NCBI GenBank assembly: GCA_013265495.1
Contig: MU058423.1
Location: 5,872,745-5,936,744, forward strand
DNA length: 64,000 bases
Direction: 5' to 3'
DNA from: Vicugna vicugna
Taxonomy: Eukaryota
The notes beneath the pieces were generated by a model. It was not told the origin of the DNA. It did no database searches and saw only the letters and a program-made list of their open reading frames with translations. The position numbers and the translations under genes were made by a program. Below are positions 1 to 12,271 of this stretch, piece by piece. Every line of letters starts with the position of its first letter. Positions within the stretch are counted from its first letter, which is position 1.

Positions 1-331
1 TTCAATTTATTCTTAGATATTTTACTCTTTCTGATATAATTGCAAATGAAATTGTTTACTTAATTTATCTTTCTGATAGTCTGTGATTAGTGTATAGAAA
101 AGACAACAGATTTTTGTGTATTGATTTTGTATTCCTGTAACTGTACTGAATTTATTAGCTCTAACAGTTTTTTAATGGAGTCTTTATTGTTTTCAATATA
201 TAATATCATGTCATCTGCAAATACTGACAGCTTTACTTCTTTTCCAGTTTGGATGTCTTTTATCTTTCTTGTCTTTATTATGGCTAGGACTTACAATACT
301 ATGTTGAATAAAAGTGGTGAGAGTGGGTATC
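1..331 (-). mobile_element. LINE-1 ORF2 (RT domain) fragment, 5'-truncated, continuing off the window
   Basis: The reverse complement of taatatcatgtcatctgcaaa (201-221) reads FADDMIL, the L1 RT catalytic motif. The segment ends at the typical atgttgaataaaagtggtgagagtggg. Confidence 0.9.
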
Positions 332-359
332 AGTTTGTCTGTATGTGTAGATTCTTTTT

Positions 360-598
360 TTAAACAACACAAATTTATTACCTTATATTTTTGAAGGTCA
401 GAAGTTCAAAATAGGCCTCAGCGGGCTAAAATCAATGTGTGGCAGGACTGCATTCTTTTGGGAAGCTTTGAGGAGACTTCATTTCCTTGCCTTTTCTAAA
501 TTCTGGACATTGCCCACATTCCTTGGCTTGCAGCCCCTCATCACTTTAACTTCTGCTGTGTTGTCATATTTCTCTCTCTGATTCTCTTGCTTTTCCTT
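360..598 (-). mobile_element. MaLR LTR fragment (MLT1B/C/D-like)
   Basis: Antisense MLT1 motifs: acaaatttattaccttat..gaaggtcagaagttcaaa, atttccttgccttttc and cacattccttggctt. Confidence 0.75.
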
Positions 599-601
599 TA
601 T

Positions 602-2194
602 CTTTTTTTCCCCATTTTTAAATTGAAGTAAAATTGATTTACAATGTTGTATTAGTTTCTGGTGTACAGTATAGTGATTCAGTTATACACATATATATTT
701 TTTCACTACAGGTTACTGCAAGCCATTGAATACAGATCCCTGTACTACATAGTAGAACCTTGTTGTTCATCTATTCTGTACATAGCAGTTTATATTTGCC
801 AATCCCAAACTCCCAATTTATCCCTCTCTGCCTCCTTTCCCCCAGCTAACCATGTTGTTTTCTGTCAGTGAGTCTCTTTCTGTTTTGTAAATAAGTTCAC
901 TGGTGTCATTTTTTTAGATTCCACAAATAAGCAATATTATCTGCTATTTGTCTTTGATGGACTGACTGACTTCACTTAGCAGGATAATCTCTGGTTCCAT
1001 CCATGTTGCTGAAAATGACATTATTTCATTCTTCTTTACGGCTGAATAATCCGTTGTATATAGATGCCACACCTTCTTTATCTAGTCATCTTTCATTGGA
1101 CATTTATGTTTTGTGACTTGGCTATTTTAAAAAGTGCTGCTATGACCATTGGGCAAATGTATCTTTTCCAGTTAGAGTTTTCTCTGGATATATGCCTGGG
1201 GGTGGGATTGCTGGATCCTACAGTAATTCTTTTTAGTTTTTTAAGGACTCTCCATACAGCTCTCCAGAGTGGCTGTGCCAGTTTGCATTCCCACAACAGT
1301 GTAGAAGTGTTGCTTTTTCTCCACACCCTCTCCAGTATTCATTATTTGTAGGTTTTCTGATGGCAGCCATTCTGACAGGTGTGAGGTGAAACCTCATTGT
1401 AGTTCTGATTTGCATTTCTCTGAAAATTAGTGACATTAAGCATTTTATCATGTATCTGTTAGTCATCTGTGTATCTTCTTTGGAGAAATGTTTGTTTAGG
1501 TCTTCTGCCCATTTTTTGCTTGGGTTGTTTGTTTGTTTTTTAAATTGAGTTGTGTATGCTGCTAGTTTATTTTGGAAATTGATCCCTTGTAGGTCACACA
1601 TTGTTTGCAAATATTTTCTCCCATTCCTTAGCTTATCTTTTCATTTTGTTTATGGTTTCCTTTGCTGTGCAAAAGCTTTTAAGTTTAATTAGGTCCCATT
1701 TGTTTATTTTGTTTTTACTTCCATTACTCTAGGAGATGGATCGAAAGAAATATTGCTGCAATTTATGTCAACGAGTGTTCTGCCTATGTTTTCCTCTAGG
1801 AGTTTTATAGTATCCGGTCTTACATTTAAGTCTTCAATCAATTTTGGGTTTATTTTTGTATATGGCACTAGAGAATGTTCTAATTTCATTCCTTTACATG
1901 TAGCTGTCCAGTTTTCCCAGCATCATTTATTGTATTTTTCTCCATTGTGTATTCTTGCTTCCTTTTCAAAGGTTAACTGACCATAAATGCATGGTTTATT
2001 TCTGGATTTTCTATCCTGTTCCATCAATCTGTATGTCTGTTTTTATGTTAGTACCATACTGTTTTGATTATTGTAATTTTGTAGTATAGTCTGAAGTCAG
2101 GGAGCCTTATTCTTCTAGCTCTGCTCTTCCTTCTTAATATTGTTTTGGCTATTGGGGGTCTTTAGCATTTCCACACAAATTTAAAACATTTTTG
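602..2194 (-). mobile_element. LINE-1 3' portion (ORF2 C-terminus, 3' UTR, A tail), 5'-truncated, artiodactyl-type 3' UTR
   Basis: T-rich tail then aattgaagtaaaattgatttacaatgttgtattagtttctggtgtacag. Minus-strand ORFs give L1 ORF2 peptides ([48 protein letters not shown]). Confidence 0.93.
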
Positions 2195-3589
2195 ATATGT
2201 GGATGCTTTGAAGGGGTCTTTGTGGAGAGAAGTAAAAGCAGTCATCTTAGATGCCATGGGAGTGCTGAGAAATAGATATTGGGAGAAGAAAATGTAGAAA
2301 GAGGTCTATTTGGAACTTTTCCCATAATCAATTAGTCAAACAAGAGATTTTTATGACCAATTTTTATGATTAAACATGAAGCAGTGCCTCACAGAGGTAA
2401 AGCCCCAAAGAGGTTAAACATCTACCAACATACCTGCAGCTCTGAAGTCGCTGCTGAATCCCTCTCTTTTAACTCAGTTTGTTCCTGCATATCTGAGCAC
2501 TTTGGTTTTGCATATTATTGGTTCAATTACTTCATTATGATTTTCTTTAACTCCTGACTTAGTTGAACTGTTGAACATATTCAATCTGATGTTTGTAAAA
2601 ATTGTGTACAATCTTCTGGTCATTCTGATACTGTGTCCCGACATTTTCTTTCCTGATCAATGGCCCCAGAAATTTTTCATCTTGTTTAGTTCCCAAATCA
2701 TATTTGTTTTATATCATATGTGTGTAATCATTTTATAGGAGGCTCAATCTGCTTTAAATTAGAAAATCTGAACTCCAAAATATTAATGGGTACTGTAATA
2801 ATAAAAATAAAATTCCCCAGTTATGATTCATTGTTCACCAATATTTTCATTCTCTTCATCTTTCCTGATCTTGATATTGCTGCTCTGGTTCATTGCTGTT
2901 TGATGAGTGTATTTTCCCATAAATATTACTCAGATGGGGTACATGTTTCATGTACTGTCTGCTTCTTGCTATACTTGGTCTCTTTCTTTCATTCTGACAG
3001 ATAAGGTTTCACAGTTTGCAATCTTTTGTCTCAGTAGATTGTTGATATCATTCCAACTTCATGCTTACAATATTGCAGTTCAGAGGTCAGATACCACTCT
3101 GTTTTATGTTTCCTTTGTCTATAACTTCCACTTTCTGTGCAGAAGTTTGCAAACTTTTCTATTTATCATTTAGGTTCAGGAATATTGCTTGAAACAGTGA
3201 GTCCTTTTAGTCCCCAGAATCCGATTTTTCTTTAGCTCAGCTAAATTCTCTGCTGGTGTTTTAAGTACTGCCTCTTCTGCATTTGTTGATTTTTATACTT
3301 TCTGAAAAGAGCTGTATTTCCATGCCAGGCCTCTTGCCTTTGCCACCCAAATGTCTTAACTTTCTTTCATCTCTTTATCTCCTTGCTGTTTACTTTTCAA
3401 TATCTCTTGTATTTAATTCATTAACATACTAAAGGTATTTAAAAGTTTCAAAGTAATAGTAAAAGTCAAAGTTCTCAAAACATCCAGAGCAACAGTCAAT
3501 ATTCATATAAAAAGCAAAGCTTTAAAAATGCTGTTATTTTATGAGAAACTATTCTTAATCTTTAATATGTTAAAAAATAACGAAGGATT

Positions 3590-3930
3590 TTCTCATACAA
3601 ATTTGGTTAAGATAAACAGGTTTTGGTTTTAATATAAATCATAATATTCAGTTCTCACAAGGATATAGGTTAACAGCATGTTTATAATGATGGTGGCAGT
3701 TTAAATCTGCAAACTTTCAAAAGGATATCAGTCAGTGTGTATACCAAGGTTTTGCACTGCACATATTTTTGACCCAGTAATTTTTATTCTAAAAAGTTAT
3801 ATTTAGGGAATAAAATTAAAACACACTAAACTTATAGAAAGGAGTGCTTATCTTAGCTTTGTTTACATTGAAAGAAATGTAATGTTTATTACACTTTTGT
3901 AGTATGTATAGCATACATACATGTGTCAAT
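3590..3930 (+). mobile_element. Old L1 (L1M/L1ME-like) 3' fragment
   Basis: Degenerate L1 ORF2-end motifs, e.g. acatatttttgacccagtaatttttattcta. Confidence 0.45.
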
Positions 3931-3959
3931 TTTTTCCTCTGATTTCTTTTAAGTTTATG

Positions 3960-5027
3960 TCTTAAACACTGTTTTTCTATCATTTGATCATAATAATTTG
4001 ACATTGATTTCTTTACTTTTATTTTGCTTGGGGTTCATTGAATATCTGGTTTCTGTGGTTAATACTTTTTATAATTTATAGGAGTTTTGCAAACATTATT
4101 TCTTCAAGTACGTGTTTTGTCTTCCTCCTTCTCTCATTCTGCTCATTCCCAGATGCTGAATGTATGAATGGTATTCTGCTTTATATTGTCTAATATGTCA
4201 ATTAAGCCCAATTCATTTTCTCAGTCCTTTTTCCTCTTTGTAATTCCTTTTTGGATAATATCTATCACTATATCTTCAATTTCACAGATTTTTTTCCAGT
4301 AGTCTAATCTGCCATTAAGCCCACCCAGTTAATTTTTATTTTATACATAGCATTTTTCATTATAAAGTGTTCCATTTAAGTATGTTTTATATCTTTATTT
4401 ACTCTCCTAGTTATGTTTCTGTTTTCATTCCCATTCTTGGTAATATTTATAATATTTTTAGTTAGTGTTTTGTCTGCAGACAGATCACCTCTGTCATTTC
4501 TGTATCTGTTTTGATTTATTAAATTTATTTTTGTCTCACAGGTCATATATACCTGTTTTGGTTGTTTTTTTTTTTTTTTTTTTTTTTTTTTTTCAGGTCA
4601 TGTATATCTGTTTTGGTTTTTTTTTTTTTTTTTTGTATTTATGCCTGGTGACTTTTCTGGGCAGTATGATTTTTTTTTGTTCATAGAATTTTTTGGTGTT
4701 TTCCCTTAAATAGTGTTGGATTTTGTTCGGGCATACAGTTAAGTTACTTGCAAGTCAGTTTGGCCATGTAAAGTGTGTGTATGTGTGTGTGTATGTCTTA
4801 AGATTTTTTTAGGACTGTGACCTAGAAAGTGCCTCTGATAATAAGCTGAGGAAACTATAGAACACCTCTATTTTTTTTTTCCTTTTTTTAAGATCACAGA
4901 GCTTTACTGCCTGTTGCACAATATTTGGATACTATTATTTCAATATATATTCTCTGACTTCTTGAATGTTTATAGCAGAAAGGCAATTCTTGTAGCATTT
5001 AGTACTTCATGGGCAGAAATAAAATTC
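3960..5027 (-). mobile_element. Old L1 (L1MD/L1ME-like) 5' UTR and ORF1 remnant
   Basis: Antisense ORF1 motifs (ggggttcattgaatatctggtttctgtggtt, aaacattatttcttcaag) and an L1M 5'-end-like tail, ttcatgggcagaaataaaattc. Confidence 0.65.
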
Positions 5028-5029
5028 AA

Positions 5030-5319
5030 AGCTGGTGGCAGTGATGGATTTGCATCTAGTGTCCAGAGGCAAGACGTGGTAGCTACCCTAGCATTTTCTA
5101 GTGGGCCAGTGTTGGAGGAGTCTCTGATGCAGCATACCTATGTGCATATCCAAAGTGAAAGTATTACTTTCCTTTGACCTACCATGTGAATTGAGGTCTT
5201 TTTCCCCTCACTTTGGGGAAATTCTGAAGATACTATGACCTTTGGAATAAATCATTTTTCTGCTCAAATTAGCAAGAGTTGGTTAATTTTGCTTCCTACC
5301 AAGAATTTTAAAAGATATA
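5030..5319 (+). mobile_element. ERVL LTR fragment (LTR16-like 3' half)
   Basis: aataaatcatttttctgctcaaattagcaagagttgg...ccaagaa resembles the R/U5 end of LTR16-type LTRs. Confidence 0.45.
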
Positions 5320-6479
5320 ATGGAATTCAAAATTTTATTGAATTTATACTGCAAAAAAATCTGATCCTTACACCTGTAGGCTCAGGAAACACTTGCCCTC
5401 ATTCCTGGTATACCATCACTATTTAAGTTTATACCTAAGGTGCATTTGGCATAATTAAATTTTCTCAGGCTACTACATAAAATTATAATGCTAAATTATT
5501 AATTTCCAGCTAAATATATAACTGTAACAAGATACCAACAGGTTTGTTCTGTATTATCAGTTGACTGTCCTCCTTTAGAAAATCTGTAAAATGTTTCATC
5601 ATGTTCTGAAGAACCTGCTGTAAATGTGTGCAATTAGAAAACTATGATTATTTTGTTCAAATATTTAATGGTATCAGGCAAAGCCAGTCTAGCATATCCA
5701 CTTTTTATTAAGAATTCCAATGTTCAAATTTACTGTGTTCAATACTTTTATATACATTACCACACTGAGGAATGCCTAGCCTGCAGAACCACAATTTCAA
5801 TCTTTTGGTCAAAGCCCATTTTACAATGTTTGGAGAATGCTATCACTTCCTTTATTTACTTTCCTTGTTTTCTGTGGCTACTCTCCTTGTTCTCTGATTA
5901 TATTATTGACTAATTTGCATCTGTTTGCGTTCAGTTTTTTTTGGTTTTGTTTAACATATTGTTCGGTTATAATCAAGCCTTTCATAGTTGGGAGTTATTC
6001 TCTCCTTTTATGATTACTGTGTTATTTGTTTTGTTTGTAATGTTTATCATTACTGTGAATCCTTTTAAACCAATGTTCCAATCCACAACCAACAATAACA
6101 GTAGCTAAGGAAAGATGCATAATTTGTTGTTTTGTTTCATTTATTTTGTTTTGCTTTACCTGAAAGACCACTGTGAAGTAAATTTGGGAAAGTTGATGAA
6201 GGCATTAATTTTCAAGTGTACAAAATATAATTTTGATTGGTAAGTTGTCAGTCATTTAAATAGTTTAATCAGGAAAGAGAATCAATCACAGAGATTTACT
6301 ATTCAAATTAATCTAAATTTTCTGTTTCTGTGGAAGTGCTTGGGAAGTTGGACTGAAGAAAAACAAGGAAGAACAAGGCAGAAAAACTGATTAAGAGAAT
6401 GCATTATATGTTAAAGTATTATAAATAATAACAAAATAATACTGCAGGCTGAAAAGTGGGAATGGATGGGAAATACATG

Positions 6480-6680
6480 TATATTTACTGAGTAGCTAAA
6501 ATGTGTCAGACATTATCCTACATGCTGTACATGCCAAACCACTTCTAAATAGGATTGCTTATTGGCCCCATTTTACATATAAGCAATGGGAGACTGGGAT
6601 TTGCATCAGGCTGTTCAGCTGCAAGTTGTATATCTAGGCTCTAAATTCAGGCAATCCTGCTGCAGATTCCACTACGCAGT
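6480..6680 (-). mobile_element. MIR SINE
   Basis: atttactgagtagctaaaatgtgtcagaca and the antisense core ccccattttacatataagcaa. Confidence 0.65.
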
Positions 6681-6829
6681 ATCATCTTAGTATGGAATCC
6701 AGGGTCATTTGTTACACCTCCAATTTCCTATGATTCTATAAGGGAAGAAGAAATGGGTTTTTATTGCCAACTCATTTTTCTAATCATAAGATATTGGAGG
6801 AGTAACATATGACCTTGGATCATACTAAG

Positions 6830-7055
6830 GTAATATTGCATACCAGCATCTGGAGCAGAACTGCCTGAATTTAGATCCTTGATGCATAAATTATAGGTGA
6901 AAAAACACATGCAAGTTCCAGCGCCTCCCTGTCACTCATAAGAAAGATGGTGATAATAGGCAACCCTATCTTAATGTGCATTTTACATGTAAATAATGTA
7001 GGATAATATGTAACACATTTCAGGTATTCAATAAATGTCAGTGTTGTTGTTATTA
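6830..7055 (+). mobile_element. MIR SINE
   Basis: tctggagcagaactgcctgaattt head and the 3' end caggtattcaataaatgtcagtgttgttgttatt. Confidence 0.65.
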
Positions 7056-7119
7056 TCTGACTCAGGGTCTCTGAAAAAAAAGTTGGTGTCATGAATAAAA
7101 AGTAGAAACCAGTTTTGTG

Positions 7120-7335
7120 TGGGAGTTGATAAATTTATCAGTGTAGATTGTGCCTGAGCTGCTTGATAAAATGCCAGGAGGAGGTATGGGAAAGTAGCAA
7201 TGTGAGCCAGGAATATGAAATATCAAGTTTGAATGTATTGCTTTCATAGTTGTCTCTATAGAAGTGATGGATAAAGCTTAAGGAAAATAAGAGATCACCA
7301 GTGGAACAAGAACTGAGAGAAGAGGACCAAAAAGG
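7120..7335 (-). mobile_element. L2 LINE fragment
   Basis: Purine-rich, L2-like antisense (tatagaagtgatggataaagc..gagatcacca..gagaagaggacc). Confidence 0.45.
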
Positions 7336-7664
7336 GAGAGTTGTGGTATATCAGTCTTATTCAACTGAGTCACTATATTACTATCTTGCTATTTATTATA
7401 CTAGGCATAGCTATCTTCAAATCTTATAAAACGTCATACATATATAAAGGAATTGTTAGTGCATGTATTTCTATATTCTTGGATAAAACAGAATTATTTA
7501 AAATGTTGTTTAAAATTCTACACAGTTATAAGAAACCAGACACATGAACATATTCTTTGATATTTAATAAGAAATTATTGGCAAACAAAGCAATTGATAA
7601 ATTGGTACATAAAAGAATATATATGTTTTATATATTACTGAAATTGAGTTTGAATAAATATGCT

Positions 7665-7698
7665 TCTCTCTCTCTCTATATATATATATACATATATT
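7665..7698. repeat. (CT)n(TA)n compound microsatellite
   Basis: Seen directly. Confidence 0.85.
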
Positions 7699-7924
7699 CA
7701 TCTACCTATCCATCTATGTAATGATAAGCAAGAGAAAACTGGCTACCTAATCTACCTACTATGCCAAAAACAATTAACAGGTATACTGTTTTGAGATGTT
7801 TTTGATCTCACCTGGTCACATCTATAAAGTTATGCTAAAATGTCATGCAGAGATATATATCTGCTGAAGTTCACAAAATTCCCATTATCCCTTTCTCTAA
7901 CCTAAGCAATTGCAGGATCATATC

Positions 7925-8330
7925 CTGGTGGAAAATGCATAGAATTTGGAGTCATAGTATCAGATTATTAGATCTTGGATAAACTGCCCTCTGATATTGG
8001 GTAAATTAATCAATTCCCCAAGTATACAGGATTTTTATAAATAAACAAAAAGGCATAACTATTTGCACCCAGATTTATTATGAGGAAATAATAACATTAA
8101 TACTTACTAACAATCATCCAGCTTTTATATACCAGAAACTACTTGCAACTTTGCATAGGCTTTACTAATTAATTCTAAAATTAGGTCAGTAGGTATCTGC
8201 TATTCATAATTTCATTTTTCAGATATAGAAAATGATGTACAAAGAGTTAATTAATTTGCTCAACATCTTAAAGCTAAAATGTCTAAGAAGCACAGGAGTC
8301 TCAATTTTAGCTCATATGGTCTAACCCCAA
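7925..8330. mobile_element. Two degenerate MIR remnants (plus ~7925-8085, minus ~8095-8330)
   Basis: agaatttggagtca head on plus; tttcatttttcagatatagaaaatga..agagttaattaatttgctcaa core on minus. Confidence 0.5.
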
Positions 8331-8349
8331 AATACCAACATGATGGTGA

Positions 8350-9060
8350 GTAGAAAAAATTGTAGGAAAAAATACTAATATCTTTGAAACAAGATAATAC
8401 ACAGATTTAGACACCAAGATTGTGCTATCTTTGTGGTAGAAACTTTGCATGGAAGTTGTTTCTGGGGGCTGATAATTTTCTACTTCTTGACCTGACATGG
8501 TTAGAGAAGTGTGTTCACTTTGTAACAATACTTTGGTCGGAACATGTAGGATTAACATACTTGTCATTTTTAGTTTATATAATATACATATATACACACA
8601 TATACATATAACCTTTCATATGCTAACTTTCATACATACATATTTATACATATGTATAATGTATTAATAAGAAATAAGGAAATGGCCAACCAGGTGTGAG
8701 ATTCAGCAAAAACAATATATAAAGATTTATATATCACCATGTACATCAGATTTGAAATGATTTAATACTAAGTATAACATGTCTACATATAAAAAGTTTA
8801 ATGGAAATTTGGGGAACTCACAAATGGCTAGAAACATTATGTAAAAGCATGAATAGGAAATTTTATAGATGAAATGTATAAATATTTATAAATAGAAAAC
8901 ATGTCCTGCATTGTAGATTAGAAAAAGCTGGAGAGAGATTAATGAACTAGAAAATAGATGTGAAAATTGTGCAAAATTGACAGAGACAGGAATATGGAGA
9001 ATATAAAGAGTAATTCAAAACTATCAAGAATAGAATGAAAAAAATCACATATACTTCAAC
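8350..9060 (+). mobile_element. Old L1 fragments (L1ME-type 3' end, then an ORF1-like piece)
   Basis: ttctgggggctgataattttctacttcttgacctg..gtgtgttcactttgtaa is typical of the L1ME 3' UTR. agagattaatgaactagaaaataga is ORF1 coiled-coil-like. Confidence 0.55.
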
Positions 9061-9111
9061 ACAATTTTAAATATTGACACTATTCCATTCTCTCAAATTT
9101 CTCTTCCTTAG

Positions 9112-9555
9112 TGTCATAGACTGAATAATAGCCTTCCACAGATGTTCACATCCTAATTCTAGGAAGCTATAAATATATCACCTTACAAGATAAAAGGGAT
9201 CTTACAGATGTGATTAAGTTCAGGATCTTGAGATGAGTGCTTAACCTCAATTATGTAGGTAGATTCAATGTAACCCTAAGGATCCTTATAAGAGAGAAGC
9301 AAAAGGATCAGACTCAGTATCAGGAGATATGAGCACAGAGAAAAGAAGTGATGTACAGGATGGGGCCATGAGCCAAGAAATAAAGGTGGTCTCTGAAAGC
9401 TGATAAGGCAAGAAAACAGATCTTCCTGAAGTCCCCAGAATGTCTTCCCTACAAACACTTTGAGACTTCTAACCTCAAATACTCTAAGAAACACAACTGA
9501 GTTAAGTCAATGTGTTTGTGGAAGTGTGTTAAAGCAGTGACAGAAAACTAATACA
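9112..9555 (+). mobile_element. MaLR solo LTR (MLT1C/D-like)
   Basis: TG start; cagatgtgattaagttcaggatcttgagatg; gccatgagccaagaaa; canonical end gaaaactaataca. Confidence 0.85.
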
Positions 9556-9584
9556 GTTTAAGTTTGCTAATACATTCCCATTTA

Positions 9585-10860
9585 GCTACCATTTTTGGCC
9601 AGTGCAAAATCTAGATGGGTCAGTATGTATCTCATCAAAATTCCAAATATTGCCATTTTATTTATCTACTCCTGAGATTGCTAATACATCTCTATTTAAC
9701 TAGCTTGTTTGACCAATGAAAACTCCACCTCTCTCTCTCTCTCTCTCTTTCTCTCTTTCATAAGATGAAGAGCAGAATGAAAGGGCAGGTCCTCAGGTCC
9801 CCTGCCTCAGCTTTAATCAGAGCTGCTTCTGTCTTTCAAATATACACTAACTTCTCTCTTTACTGATCCTGATATAAACAACTCTCTAGATTTAAAACAC
9901 TCTGCGTTCTCTCTGTAAAACATCCTGGCCAATGGCCAATGCCATTCTGGCCAATCAGAGAGTAGCTGGCTACTCTCTAATATGCTCACTCAGTGATAGC
10001 CCTGTCCCACCAATTCCCTGTTGCCTTACCAAGAGTTGGTTGTTTTTTTCAAATATCTGTTAGTGTTAATTGTTCTTGTTTTCCTAAGTGTAATTTTTTT
10101 AAAGTTTCATTTACTTTGCAAGTATAAAAATTCATCTCTTAATATCACAGGTACAGTTCTAAATGCTATCTTTTGATCCTCCAAAATTGTTGATATTCTG
10201 CCAACACTGATCTTGAGAAGGCAAAAAGCCCATAGAGTCCATGATCAGGTTTGCAGTTATTGATCTGAAAATGTCCCGCCCCCCATTTATAGCATCAAAG
10301 AAAATCAGAAGTAATTTGCTTTTACTTGAGAGAAAAGAAGTTGCCAAATCTTAAAGTCTTACTTCAGGCAGTATAAACTGTCCATTGCTATCATAATCTG
10401 GAGGAAAACTGTGAGCTTCAGTTGCCATTGTTCTTTACATTGATGATGTTATGCTAACTGGATCTGGTAAATAGGAATTAAGAACACTAAATTACTTAAT
10501 TAAAGATATCTATGCTGGAGATTATGAGATACATGCTGCAAAAATTCAGGAAACTATCATATCAGTCAAATTTTCACGAGTCCGTTGGTCTGGTGTAAGT
10601 CAAGTTTTTACCTCTAATGTGAGAAAAACATGACTACCATGAAAAACAACATCACATTATGTGGGTCTTTTTAGATTCTGGAGAAAACATACACTGCATT
10701 GAACATTCTTCTATAACCCAATCACCCAGTTTCCTTAAGGACGTCATTTTCAGTGTGGCCTGCAGCAAGAAAGGACTCTACAGCAAATGGAAGCTGCAGT
10801 TCAAGCTTTTTTGAAACGGCCTTATGGCCCAGCAAATTCAATGACATGGCAGAAAGCAAT
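9585..10860 (+). mobile_element. Degraded ERVL (class III) pol remnant, RT to connection region, interrupted at ~9725-10235
   Basis: tacattgatgatgttatgcta (10436-10456) = YIDDVML. Also gcagttattgatctg (AVIDL), aaaattcagg (KIQ), ttctggagaaaacat (FWRKH) and ccttatggcccagca (PYGPA), plus upstream tggccagtgcaaaatctagatggg (WPVQNLDG). Many stops and frameshifts. Confidence 0.8.
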
Positions 10861-10929
10861 TATGGCATATTGTTTCTAAAACTAGCCATTAATAATTCCA
10901 CCAGTAAGTGTACATGCCAGTCTCCTAGT

Positions 10930-11403
10930 AAGAGATGACTTTCCTGTCTACATTTAATGTCTTTCCACCCTGCCACCTGCTCCAGGAAGCCAACCTACAT
11001 AGATTGCAGCAATAGGATCCGTTAGCCTATACAAGTCCAAGTTGTCCAAAGGAATCCTCCACGTATCCCGAAAGAGAGGAGTGAGACTGGGGTATTGTTT
11101 CTCTAACTCCCTCCATGTGAGATAGGTTTGGGCTTGCTATGCCCCATAAATGGAAACCACTGCCCCAAAGCAACTTACCTACAGTCTTTCCTTCTCAGTC
11201 CCAGTAACCTGCACCTTTTCCTTTATCTCTCGTGGTCTTAGGGATGATAACAGCAACTCTAATGACAGCCCTGGTTTATAGTCTTATTTTTGATGTTTAC
11301 TTTCATGTTGTACAAAACTTGTAAATAATTCTTTTTTACACCTTCCTTACAAACCCTAATTAGTTTGTGCTCTCCATTCCCTGATGAGAACCTGGCTGGT
11401 ACA
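10930..11403 (+). mobile_element. ERVL LTR (LTR33-like)
   Basis: ccaggaagccaacct, gagaggagtgagactggggtatt, cttagggatgataacagc, ttgtaaataattc and the terminus cctggctggtaca match recalled LTR33-type structure. Confidence 0.65.
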
Positions 11404-12271
11404 GTAGTTATTTTAGAGAACAGAAACTAAGGCAAATGAAATAAGTGAGTGCCACTAAAATTGGCAAAAATAATTGGTAATGTTTTCGTTTCCCACACTT
11501 CCTTAATTGTCCCTAAGAGTCAAGGTGTTTCATATACCACATAACAACAGAGTACAGGAAAATACTTTCTAGACCACACCAAAGTCCTAAAATTGTATTT
11601 ATAATTCCTTCTATGACATTTTTTTCCCTATTCATCATTATCCCCTTCCTCCACCTTTTAAGACCTAGCTTACCACTGTCCACTCAGGATTATCATCTCA
11701 TGAAGTGGTCCTCTTGCCCTATCTTTCATCAATGCCTTCCAATTTTTACAAGTCTGTGCCCTTTTTATCTATCCAGTGTAATTGATCTCTCTGCTTTTTG
11801 TCAATGCCAATAGATCTTAAAATGTTATATATTGAAACATAGCAATGGTGTATCTTCCTATATTTCCCTCTCACACACAATCTCCTGGGACACTCTCCAA
11901 AGCAAGAATCCTCAGTGAAGTGGTTCCAGTATCTAGGCAGTCTCTGTCTTGTTCCACAATTATCTCAATACATGACATTCTTGGTCACTGATAAAAAGAG
12001 ATATTGAGGAGGGATGTTGGTCTTAACAGCTTTTCTCAGAAGGGACCCATACCACTACAGTTCATGAATCAGAATGAAACTGGCTCTAAACTAACTCAAA
12101 AGAGTCTGAAATATAAGAAAACATGGGTCTTTAAATCTATCTTTTATGTACCCACTATTGCAAATATGTTCTAGGTATACATTTTTATTATTGTGTGTTA
12201 ATAAACAAAACTTCCCTTCTCTGAGCCTACACATATAAACAGCAGAAAGAAGGCAGAAAAATATACAACTA

